DNA from: an uncultured Spartobacteria bacterium
Lineage (GTDB): Bacteria; Verrucomicrobiota; Verrucomicrobiia; Chthoniobacterales; UBA6821
Direction of reading: 5' to 3'
Assembly: GCA_903847935.1 (NCBI GenBank)
Contig: CAINEX010000051.1
Coordinates: 828 to 64,827, forward strand
DNA: 64,000 bases
The translations under genes were made by a program, and so were the position numbers. Numbering within the stretch: position 1 is the first letter of the stretch; each line of letters starts with the position of its first letter. The notes below the pieces were generated by a model. That model saw nothing but the letters and a program-made list of their open reading frames with translations, searched no databases and was not told the DNA's origin. Shown piece after piece: positions 18,599 through 27,327 of the stretch.

Positions 18599-20050
18599 AT
18601 GAGCCCACTCCTCTTGCTGATCCTCCTGCCGCTTGCGGCTTCCCTTCTCATCATGATCGGAGCCAACCCCCGGCGCACCGCGATCGTCGCGGCCCTCCTG
18701 AATCTGGTGCTTTCGGTCCTTCTTTTCGCCCGCTATGATCTCCATGCCGGAGGATGGCAGTTTCTCTCCGAGTGGCACGTGCTTCCGAACCTTGGCATCA
18801 ACCTCAGCCTTGGAGCCGACGGACTGAGCATGACGATGCTCCTGCTCTCAACGTTGGTAACCCTCTCCGCCCTCTGGGTGGCCCCGAAAATCGAGAAACG
18901 CGAAGGTCTTTATTATGTCTGCCTTCTGTTCATCTCGGCGGGTGTGATCGGGGCCTTCTCCACCCTGGATGTCCTCTTCCTCTATTCCTTCCACGAGTTG
19001 GCCCTGATCCCGACCTTTATCCTGATCGGTGTCTGGGGATCCGGTGACCGTCAGGCTGCTGCTTGGAAGGCAACGATCTACCTCGGTGGCGCCAGTTTTG
19101 TCCTGCTGATTGGAATCATCTCCCTCTATCTGAGCCTCCCCTCGGGGATGCGGACCTTCGATCTCCGCCAACTCGATCATCTTGCCCTCAGCGGGACATT
19201 CCACCCGGCCTCCTGGATCTATCTTCTGCTTCTCGTGGGATTCGGAACACTGGTTTCCCTCTTCCCATTCCACTCCTGGGCTCCTCCGGCATATGCATGC
19301 GCCCCCACCCCCGCGGCCATGCTTCATTCCGGTGTGCTCAAGAAATTCGGACTCTACGGCCTCATCAGAATCTGTCTTCCGCTCTTCCCCGAGGCCATCC
19401 AGCAGTTCAACGCACTGCTTGTGCTGATGCTGATCGGTAACATTCTCTACATCGGCTATGTCACCGTGGCTCAGAAACGCCTCGACTGGACGATCGGTTA
19501 CTCAAGTGTCATGCACATGGGATACATTTTCCTGGGATTGGCTTCCCTGACCGTCATGGGAATCAATGGTGCTGCTCTCCTTATGTTCGCACATGGTCTC
19601 TCCGTGGCCGCCGCCTTCGCTCTTTGTGGTGAGATTCGACGCAGAACCGGGACGCTTGACTACTCGGAGCTCGGAGGTCTCGGTAAAGTCACCCCCGTGC
19701 TCGGCCTTCTCTTCGGCTTTGCCGCCATGGCCTCGGTCGGGCTGCCGGGCTTCGCTAACTTTGCCGGTGAGATCCTCGTGTTTTTCGGGGCAACGGTCTC
19801 TTCGATTTATGGACCACTCATGGTCGTTGCCATCATCATCGGCGTCTGGGGTGTGGTCGTCTCCGCGATCTACATGCTTCGTGCCTACCGTCATATTTTC
19901 TGGGGCCCCATCGCTCAGCGCTGGGAGTCACTCACTGATATCGCCCCGACGGCGAAGTGGAGTGTGATTCTTCTCCTGGTGCCGCTGATGATCGCGGGAT
20001 TCTACCCCCAGATCATCCTGAACATGGTCGGCACCATCCTCCCCCGATGA
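18599..20050 (+). CDS. nuoM: NADH-quinone oxidoreductase subunit M
   Basis: 483-aa antiporter-like subunit at the expected operon position. Confidence 0.92.
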   Translation: MSPLLLLILLPLAASLLIMIGANPRRTAIVAALLNLVLSVLLFARYDLHAGGWQFLSEWHVLPNLGINLSLGADGLSMTMLLLSTLVTLSALWVAPKIEKREGLYYVCLLFISAGVIGAFSTLDVLFLYSFHELALIPTFILIGVWGSGDRQAAAWKATIYLGGASFVLLIGIISLYLSLPSGMRTFDLRQLDHLALSGTFHPASWIYLLLLVGFGTLVSLFPFHSWAPPAYACAPTPAAMLHSGVLKKFGLYGLIRICLPLFPEAIQQFNALLVLMLIGNILYIGYVTVAQKRLDWTIGYSSVMHMGYIFLGLASLTVMGINGAALLMFAHGLSVAAAFALCGEIRRRTGTLDYSELGGLGKVTPVLGLLFGFAAMASVGLPGFANFAGEILVFFGATVSSIYGPLMVVAIIIGVWGVVVSAIYMLRAYRHIFWGPIAQRWESLTDIAPTAKWSVILLLVPLMIAGFYPQIILNMVGTILPR

Positions 20051-20082
20051 AATTGTGACCAACCCGCGCTGATCAAAATCCC

Positions 20083-21525
20083 GTGAACACCACTTCTCTA
20101 GAATTCGCCGTCGTCGGTCTGGGTATCCTGCTGCTGCTTGCCGAGGCTTTTATTGACCGGACAAACAAGGATTACCTCGCCTACCTGGGCGCCGCCGGTC
20201 TGGCCATCATCCTGGTTCTGAGTTTCCTCCCTTTACAAGGGCCGGCCACCGGAAGTCCTGACTCCGCTTTTCTGACATCGGATATCCTCTCGGTCTTCTT
20301 CACCCGGTTCCTGCTTGTTTCCACGATCGTCGTCCTGCTGATGACCCCAGGATACAAACCGGTGCTTGCCCGGTACCTCCCCGCCGAGAAGGAGGGAGCG
20401 GGTGTCGGTGAATTCACCATCCTACCTCTCTTTGTCTGCGCCGGATTGATGTGGATGGTCTCCGCCATCGACTTCATCATGATCTTCGTGGCGTTGGAGT
20501 TGGCCACGATTACCCTCTATGTCCTCTCGACATACCTCAGGCAGAACATGGCCAGTCTCGAAGCGGGCACAAAATTCCTCATTCTTGGCGCACTCTCCAC
20601 GGGATTCTTTGTTTACGGGATCACTTGGATCTTCGGAGTCACCGGGACGACCAACATCGTGTCCTTACCACAATCCATCTCCTTGCTACCGGAATCATCC
20701 ACGTTACCGCTCCTTTTCGGTGTGGCCCTGATCCTTGTCGCCCTGAGCTTCAAGATCGGTGCTTTCCCCTTCCAGTTCTGGGTGCCTGACGTCTATCAGG
20801 GTGCTCCTACACCGGTTACCGCCTACCTCTCGGTGGCTTCCAAGGCGGCTGGATTCGTCGTCCTGCTACGCCTGCTTGTGGCTCTCGAGACGGTACCCGT
20901 GCTGGCTCACAAGCTTTATGCCGTCGTCACCCTACTCGCAGGAGTCACGCTGATCTTCGGAAATCTCGCCGCCATCCCCCAGACGAACATGAAGCGCCTG
21001 CTCGGTTACTCCAGCGTGGCACACGCGGGTTATCTCCTCATGGGTGTCGCCAGCCTCGGTTCGCTCATGGCAATCCCGGCAATCGGACTCTATTTTGCAG
21101 CCTACCTTGTCATGACGCTCCTTTCGTTCGTCGTCCTCATGGTGGTCGCCGAGGCCACGGGCGGGGAGGAGATCTCACGTTTCAACGGACTATCCCAGCG
21201 CTCTCCCCTTCTGGCGGGTGCCATGCTGCTTGCCATGGCCTCCTTGGCCGGCATCCCCTTCACGGCGGGATTCGTTGGAAAGTTCCTGATCTTTGAGGTC
21301 GCCCTGAAGCAAGGACATTTCGGTCTTGTTGCGATCGGTTGCATCACTGTCGCTGCGGGATTCTACTACTACTTCAAGGTTGCACGCGCCATGTACTGGC
21401 AGCAAGCGACCGAAGAGACCCCGATTCCGGTTTCCATGACCATCAAGCTCCTCATCGCCCTCCTGGGTGCGGGGATCCTTGCCCTCGGAATTTATCCGGG
21501 CCCCGTTCTGGCAGCTCTCCGTTAG
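20083..21525 (+). CDS. nuoN: NADH-quinone oxidoreductase subunit N
   Basis: 480-aa antiporter-like subunit (FKIGAFPFQFWVPDVYQGAPTPVTAY) with a GTG start in the track. Confidence 0.92.
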   Translation: MNTTSLEFAVVGLGILLLLAEAFIDRTNKDYLAYLGAAGLAIILVLSFLPLQGPATGSPDSAFLTSDILSVFFTRFLLVSTIVVLLMTPGYKPVLARYLPAEKEGAGVGEFTILPLFVCAGLMWMVSAIDFIMIFVALELATITLYVLSTYLRQNMASLEAGTKFLILGALSTGFFVYGITWIFGVTGTTNIVSLPQSISLLPESSTLPLLFGVALILVALSFKIGAFPFQFWVPDVYQGAPTPVTAYLSVASKAAGFVVLLRLLVALETVPVLAHKLYAVVTLLAGVTLIFGNLAAIPQTNMKRLLGYSSVAHAGYLLMGVASLGSLMAIPAIGLYFAAYLVMTLLSFVVLMVVAEATGGEEISRFNGLSQRSPLLAGAMLLAMASLAGIPFTAGFVGKFLIFEVALKQGHFGLVAIGCITVAAGFYYYFKVARAMYWQQATEETPIPVSMTIKLLIALLGAGILALGIYPGPVLAALR

Positions 21526-21567
21526 TCCTCCTCCTCGGGGAGGAGAAAATGCCAACCTGCGCGCATC

Positions 21568-22668
21568 GTGAGCAAGATCAATCAACTGCTCCTGCGGAGC
21601 TTTCGCTGTTTCGAGTCCCTGGAATACGCGCCCGGACCGAACCTCAACTTCCTGATCGGGGAAAACGCCCAAGGCAAGACCTCCGTTCTGGAGGCTGTCT
21701 GCGTGCTCCTGCGCCTGCGTTCGCCTCGTACCATTAACCTCAATGAGATGGTCCGCTTCGGCGGGGAGGGATTTGCCTTGGAAGGACTATTGGAGGGTAG
21801 GATTGATAATTGCTGCGAATTCACCGGAGGAAATGGTGCCCTGGATCACACCCGACTCTCTCTCTCCTGCAATCCTCCGCTTCGAGTTCTGCGACTGGAC
21901 GGAGTAGGCCAGTCCTCCCCTAAGGATTATCTCTCCAAGGCTAAGATTGTCTGGTTTGGGATCGATGATCTCTCACTGGTGAACGGAACAGCCGACCTCA
22001 GGAGGAAGCTTCTCGATAGTGTCGGCCTTCAAAAAGCGGGAAGCTACGGACACGACTTGAAAACCTATGACCGGGCCCTCAGGTCACGGAATCTCTTACT
22101 CCGAGAGGGAAGATCACGCAGTGAGGTCGAGGCCTATAATATCCCGCTCGCCGAGGCAGGCGAACGACTTATGACCGAGCGTCAGACTATTGTCTCGGCA
22201 TTGGCCCCGCTTGCCGCGGATTCCTGCAGGAATATCTCCGGAGAGGATCTTCGGATCAGCTACGTCCCGGGGGCGGAGTCTCCCCTTCTCGAATCACTGG
22301 AACTGAGCCGCAACGAGGAAATTCGACTTCGCCAGACACGCGTTGGCCCCCAACGGGATGACCTCAGGGTGGAACTCAACGGAATTCCGGCGGGATCCTT
22401 TGCCTCCGAGGGGCAGAGGCGCACCGTCGCGTTGGCATTGAAGCTTGCCGTATCAGGCCTTCTGACACGGGAAAACGGGATTCCTCCGGTGCTCTTGCTT
22501 GACGATATCTTCGGGGAGCTTGACCGGGGTCGCAGAGATGCCTTGTTACAAGGGATCCCGGAGGGTTCCCAAGCATTCCTCAGCACGACGGATCTCTCGG
22601 GAATTGTTCTTCCGGAAAGATCTCTTGTCCACCGGATGGAGCGAGGGAGGCTTAGCCTGCTTACCTAG
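21568..22668 (+). CDS. recF: DNA replication/repair protein RecF
   Basis: N-terminal Walker A GENAQGKTSVLEA, signature-like SEGQRRTVALALKL and Walker B LLLDDIFGELD. GTG start. Confidence 0.92.
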   Translation: MSKINQLLLRSFRCFESLEYAPGPNLNFLIGENAQGKTSVLEAVCVLLRLRSPRTINLNEMVRFGGEGFALEGLLEGRIDNCCEFTGGNGALDHTRLSLSCNPPLRVLRLDGVGQSSPKDYLSKAKIVWFGIDDLSLVNGTADLRRKLLDSVGLQKAGSYGHDLKTYDRALRSRNLLLREGRSRSEVEAYNIPLAEAGERLMTERQTIVSALAPLAADSCRNISGEDLRISYVPGAESPLLESLELSRNEEIRLRQTRVGPQRDDLRVELNGIPAGSFASEGQRRTVALALKLAVSGLLTRENGIPPVLLLDDIFGELDRGRRDALLQGIPEGSQAFLSTTDLSGIVLPERSLVHRMERGRLSLLT

Positions 22669-22779
22669 GAAGGCAAGAACCCCAAAGCGAAAGGACCGAC
22701 GCGGGACGATCTTGAATGATGAGAGGGATCGATTAAATTGCTTGCACCCATCATGCTCATTGAACGCACCATGATCCCC

Positions 22780-23550
22780 ATGCGAAATTACGTCATGCCA
22801 TTGGCATTTCTCCTTCTTCCAGGAGTCCTTCAAGCTGCGGGGACGAATCCAGCGACTGAGTCGTCGAACACGCTTCCTTCCCTCGTCATGAAAGGAACCT
22901 CGCCGGAGACTCTCTCCAAACTCATCACGGCTGGCGGCATCGTCATGATCCCGCTGATTATCCTTTCGATCGTCACCCTGGCTCTCATCTTTGTCTATCT
23001 AGTGACCCTCCGGCGTAGTGCTGTTGCCAGTGCCCGCTACATGACCACTGCCGAAGCCCTGCTTGCAAAAGGTGATCTGATGGGACTTCTGGCCATCTCC
23101 AACCGTCACCGGGATATCGTCGCCTCCCTCATGACTCGCACGCTGGAATTTCTGGCCAAGAATCCTGCGGCCACGGATGAACATCTCCGTGAGATTGCCC
23201 AAACAGAGGGAAATCGTGAGGCGTCCGTCCTGAACCAACGTGTGGCTTGGCTTGCGGACATCGCCACCATAGCACCGATGCTGGGTCTGCTGGGAACGGT
23301 TTTTGGCATGATCCGATCCTTCAGCGTGATGGCCAACGATGTGGCGGCTTCCCGCCCGATGCTTCTTGCCGAGGGAGTTGCCGAAGCGCTTGTTGCCACT
23401 GCTGCTGGACTGGTCGTTGGTATCCCGGCCATGGCTGCCTATGCCTGGTTTCGAGGCAGGGTTCAGGAGATGATTTCAGAAATGGAGGGCGCGACCGGGA
23501 TCCTGCTGGTCAAGTTGCTCATTGGGCGAAAAAAGAATCCGGGCCTTTGA
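22780..23550 (+). CDS. exbB: MotA/TolQ/ExbB family proton channel
   Basis: IAPMLGLLGTVFGMIRSF and LVATAAGLVVGIPA are typical, and the N-terminus is signal-like. The track ORF starts at TTG 22738; I prefer the ATG at 22780 (MRNYVMPLAFLLL). Confidence 0.88.
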   Translation: MRNYVMPLAFLLLPGVLQAAGTNPATESSNTLPSLVMKGTSPETLSKLITAGGIVMIPLIILSIVTLALIFVYLVTLRRSAVASARYMTTAEALLAKGDLMGLLAISNRHRDIVASLMTRTLEFLAKNPAATDEHLREIAQTEGNREASVLNQRVAWLADIATIAPMLGLLGTVFGMIRSFSVMANDVAASRPMLLAEGVAEALVATAAGLVVGIPAMAAYAWFRGRVQEMISEMEGATGILLVKLLIGRKKNPGL

Positions 23551-23996
23551 GCCGTCCGGTATCAACCTTGAATTTCCGGGCACGCAACCAACCTGAGCAG
23601 AGGGGCTTCCTGATAGCCCCGATGGTTGACATTCTCCTCGTGCTCCTTGGCTTCTTCATGCTGACTTGGAGTTTTGCCCGTCAGGAGAGGGAACTTGATG
23701 TGCAGATGCCCTCGGCTGGTGAGGCGAAGGAACAGCGGGCATCAGTCGGGGAGGTGATCATTAATGTGAAGGCAGACGGCGAGCTTGTGATGAACCGCCG
23801 CACCATGAGCCCCGACGAGCTACTTGAGGCACTTGCTAAAGTGGCAGCCCTGTATCCCGATCAGGCTGTGGTGCTGCGAGGGGATCAGCGTGTCGATTAC
23901 GGGCACATCGTGAGCACCCTTGATCTCTGCCGCCGTGCCAATATCTGGAACGTGGCATTTGCCACATCGGCTCCTGAAAAGAATCCAACGCCGTGA
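23547..23996 (+). CDS. exbD: Biopolymer transport protein ExbD/TolR
   Basis: APMVDILLVLLGFFML followed by a periplasmic domain (VVLRGDQRVDYGHIVSTLD). The track ORF 23247..23996 extends far into exbB. The candidate TTG at 23547 overlaps the exbB stop (TTGA). Confidence 0.85.
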   Translation: MSRPVSTLNFRARNQPEQRGFLIAPMVDILLVLLGFFMLTWSFARQERELDVQMPSAGEAKEQRASVGEVIINVKADGELVMNRRTMSPDELLEALAKVAALYPDQAVVLRGDQRVDYGHIVSTLDLCRRANIWNVAFATSAPEKNPTP

Positions 23997-26605
23997 GGGT
24001 ACAAGATCATCAGGGGGTCCCTTTTCTTCTTTTCCTGATCGCTACGGCGACCTCCCTCTCCGCGCAGGCACAGTTCATTTCAGGAAATCCCCAACCCGGC
24101 ACCGAGCCAGAGGTGAGAAGGGCTCTCCCCGTCGACAAGAACCCGGCCCCGGATAACTCCCCGATTTCGCAGCCTACCGAACCACGCGTGATGAGGGCCC
24201 TGCCGGCAGGAACACCGCTCCCCACTTCTCTGGCCCCGACACCGCTTCCTGCAACCGCTTCGATCCCTTACCCCGATCAAACCCCGGACCCGATGGGAAG
24301 CATCAGAATCGCTCCCTCACATTCACAAAGCCCTGCAGAGATTGCAGCTGCACAACTTGTCATCGCAGATGAGTGCTTTGGTAAGAGACAATCCGAAGCC
24401 TCTGTCCTTGAGTACGAGAAATTCCTCGCCATGGCCTCTCGCGACACACCGGGCAGAGAGCGCGCCATCTACCGTCTTGCTGAGTCGCAGCGTCAGATGG
24501 GAAGCATGGTTGCCGCAGAAACCTCTTTTGAGCATCTCCTCAGCGACTACCCCTCCGGGGACTTCAGACCATCCGCATCATTCAGGCTCGGGGAAATGAA
24601 TGAATCTCGAGGAGATTTCCTACATGCCGCCAATGATTTCAACATCACCGCCAAGGATGCCAAAGATCCCTCCATCCGACTGGCGGCCTCCTACAGGGAA
24701 GCCCTCTCCAGGGAGAGAATCGGTGATGCCGGCCAGAAAAATCAGGCACTATCGATTCTCTTATCCCTTGCCCAAGCATCCGAATATAGCCCTTACAAGG
24801 CTCAGGCCCTACTTCACCTAGCCTCCAGCGCTGCAGTGAGCGGAAATGAGAGTGATAAAAAACAGGCTCTCGTTTGGTATCAACAGCTTCTCTCTTGCCC
24901 CAGGATAAGCGCTTCCAACACTTCGGGGATTTCCAAGGAAACATTCTCCGAAGCGATGGTAAAGTCGGCTCTCCTGGAGTCGGAACGAGGGAATCCAAAG
25001 GAGGCAAAAAGACTCTTCGATGCCCTTGCACTCTCCCAGGATGCGGGAGAGTGGCAGAGCATTGCCGCATTGGGATCCCTGAGAATCTCAGCCCAGTCGG
25101 GTGATGATGAAGGAGTGATCAGGATCGCCGAAAAAGCTCTTTCTGGTGACCCCGCAAACATCCCTGAGATTCTTCTCCTGAGGGGAAATGCACTCCGAAA
25201 AACCGGAAAAAATGCCAAAGCACTCTCCGACTATGAACGGATTATTTCTGAATTTCCTGCAAGCAAAGCGAGCTCGGCAGCCGCTTTCCAACGTCTTCTG
25301 ACCCTCTACGCCTTGGGAAATCCCTCGCTACCAACCGAGATCGACCAATACCTCCAGACCGCCTCAAATCCGGGTGATCGCGCACGAGCCCAACTACTGA
25401 AGGCCGAAGAGACTCTGCGCAAGGGTAATTACAAGGAAGCCGCGGGGCTCTACCACGTTGTTGATACCGACTCCATTCCAGCCTCTTCCAAACCCGATAT
25501 CCTTTACAAGGAGGCTTGGGCCCTAACCCAAGCCGGGGAAAAGGATGCAGCCGATGCTGCCCTTACACGCTTTCTCACGGCCTATCCGGATGAGGAGCGC
25601 TCTTCCGCGGCACTGGCTCAACGGGGCATCCTGAAACAGCAACGGAATGATTTCCCCGGAGCGCTTGCCGATTTCACACTCCTTCAGGAGCACTATCCCA
25701 AGGCTGTGGAACGAGAGTTGGCCCTGCAGCAAAAAGGACTCCTCCTGGGCCAGCAGAAGGACAACAAGGGTATGGTTGAGAGCCTCTCTCTTCTTCTTCA
25801 CGACTACCCCAAGAGTGCGGCCGCTCCTCAGGCGCACTACTGGATAGGATGGGTGGCCATGGAGGACAAGGACTACCCGAAAGCAGTCAGCGAACTCTCC
25901 CTTGCCCGCTCGGGGGATCCCAAGCAGTTTGCCGAAAGAGCAGGTCTTCGGATCCTTCTCGCCCTCTATTACGAAAACAAGCCCGATGAGGCAGCCGGAG
26001 AGGCAGCGGCCCTAAAGCCCTCCCTGATCCCTCCCGAGGTGGGCCGTTGGCTCGGCTTGAGGGAGATGGAGGCCGGTGATCCCAAGCGGGCGGAGCACTT
26101 TCTCTCCCCACTCGTGAAGGACGGGCTTCCCGGTGCCTCGGATGCTGAAATACAGGGAACACTCGCTTCAGCTCTGGTAGCGCAAGGCAAGTACCGAGCC
26201 GCACTCCTACCTGCAGAAGCATGCCTGAAACTCGCCCGCGACCCCTCTTCCAGGGCCAGGGCACTTCTGGTTGCTGCCGAGATCCAGCAAGCAATGAATA
26301 ACCTTCCCCAAGCCGCTTCAATGGGTGAAGAAGCGATGCTTCTGCAACCGGAGGGGCCCATCAATGCGGAAGCCAGAATCCTCAGCGGCGACATACTGAT
26401 GGCACGCAAGGAGTATGACGCGGCCGCCAAGGCTTTCATGACCGCGGCTCTCCTCCATGATGATGCGGTCCTGACACCAAAGGCCTTGGCCAAAGCCGCC
26501 ATTGCCTACCAGAAAGCCAGCAATTCCTTTGAGGCGCAGAAGGCACTCGCAGAGTTGCGTAAACGCTTCCCGAATGCTCCATTGCCTACGATACCAACAT
26601 CATGA
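23993..26605 (+). CDS. Large TPR-repeat protein with signal-like N-terminus and Pro-rich spacer
   Basis: 870 aa. The hydrophobic N-terminus ends in SAQAQ and is followed by about 90 aa rich in Pro. The remainder is Ala/Leu-rich helical repeats of TPR type. The GTG start overlaps the exbD stop (GTGA). Confidence 0.8.
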   Translation: MRVQDHQGVPFLLFLIATATSLSAQAQFISGNPQPGTEPEVRRALPVDKNPAPDNSPISQPTEPRVMRALPAGTPLPTSLAPTPLPATASIPYPDQTPDPMGSIRIAPSHSQSPAEIAAAQLVIADECFGKRQSEASVLEYEKFLAMASRDTPGRERAIYRLAESQRQMGSMVAAETSFEHLLSDYPSGDFRPSASFRLGEMNESRGDFLHAANDFNITAKDAKDPSIRLAASYREALSRERIGDAGQKNQALSILLSLAQASEYSPYKAQALLHLASSAAVSGNESDKKQALVWYQQLLSCPRISASNTSGISKETFSEAMVKSALLESERGNPKEAKRLFDALALSQDAGEWQSIAALGSLRISAQSGDDEGVIRIAEKALSGDPANIPEILLLRGNALRKTGKNAKALSDYERIISEFPASKASSAAAFQRLLTLYALGNPSLPTEIDQYLQTASNPGDRARAQLLKAEETLRKGNYKEAAGLYHVVDTDSIPASSKPDILYKEAWALTQAGEKDAADAALTRFLTAYPDEERSSAALAQRGILKQQRNDFPGALADFTLLQEHYPKAVERELALQQKGLLLGQQKDNKGMVESLSLLLHDYPKSAAAPQAHYWIGWVAMEDKDYPKAVSELSLARSGDPKQFAERAGLRILLALYYENKPDEAAGEAAALKPSLIPPEVGRWLGLREMEAGDPKRAEHFLSPLVKDGLPGASDAEIQGTLASALVAQGKYRAALLPAEACLKLARDPSSRARALLVAAEIQQAMNNLPQAASMGEEAMLLQPEGPINAEARILSGDILMARKEYDAAAKAFMTAALLHDDAVLTPKALAKAAIAYQKASNSFEAQKALAELRKRFPNAPLPTIPTS

Positions 26606-27327
26606 GGAAACCCACAACCCGCCAACTGTTGTTACTTCTGATTGTAGCCAGTGTGTCATTATCGGTGCTCCTTCCCCGGGCGTTGGCGCAAGATTCCTCC
26701 CTTGCTTCTGAGACTTCGGGAGCAGCATCCTCACTCTCCACTCGGACTTCACCAATTTCACCGAGCACTCCGATCCCGACACCAACAACCGCTGCCGCGA
26801 ATACTCCGGGATCACCATCCAATACCGCGGCAGTAACTCAACTGACCAAACTCGTCCCTCATGCCATCCCGGAAATTCATGCGACCATCTGCATTCCCGA
26901 GGATTGGAGCCTGCTTCAGGGAAACCTGCTAGATGGTGGGGTTCTTCTAGCCACAAAGGAAAAAATCGCCTCTGAGGATGATATCTGGGCCACGGGACTC
27001 AGCATGAGCATCGACCGCAACGGGGCCAAGGACTCGGATCAGAAAGCCAGCGTCTATGCCCTGACAATGGCACGGGAGGCCCTTGAGAAGGCAGGCGAGG
27101 AGGCCTCTCCGCTGAAGGAGTCTCTCGAGGGTGTGTTCCATGTCATCCGTTTTGATTTTCCAGTGCAGGGGGACCAGTCCCTCCTCGTCACCGAGGAACT
27201 GAGAGCCAACGACGGCACCGGCACTGTTGCTGTGATTCTCTGGCAGATGCCCAAAGATGCCCCACACCCGCTCGAGGGACTTAGAGATTCTATCCTCACC
27301 AACCTGAAACTCGATCCAACCCAATGA
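26602..27327 (+). CDS. Hypothetical secreted protein with S/T/P-rich linker
   Basis: Signal-like N-terminus (LLLLLIVASVSLSVLLPRALA), a Ser/Thr/Pro-rich segment and then a globular domain of about 150 aa. ATGA overlaps occur at both ends. Confidence 0.7.
   Translation: MRKPTTRQLLLLLIVASVSLSVLLPRALAQDSSLASETSGAASSLSTRTSPISPSTPIPTPTTAAANTPGSPSNTAAVTQLTKLVPHAIPEIHATICIPEDWSLLQGNLLDGGVLLATKEKIASEDDIWATGLSMSIDRNGAKDSDQKASVYALTMAREALEKAGEEASPLKESLEGVFHVIRFDFPVQGDQSLLVTEELRANDGTGTVAVILWQMPKDAPHPLEGLRDSILTNLKLDPTQ

Noticed and set aside
23247-23546. N-terminal 100 codons of the track ORF 23247..23996.
   Set aside because: This part overlaps exbB in another frame. ExbD homology begins only near APMVDILLVLL, so the real start is most likely the TTG at 23547 or slightly later.
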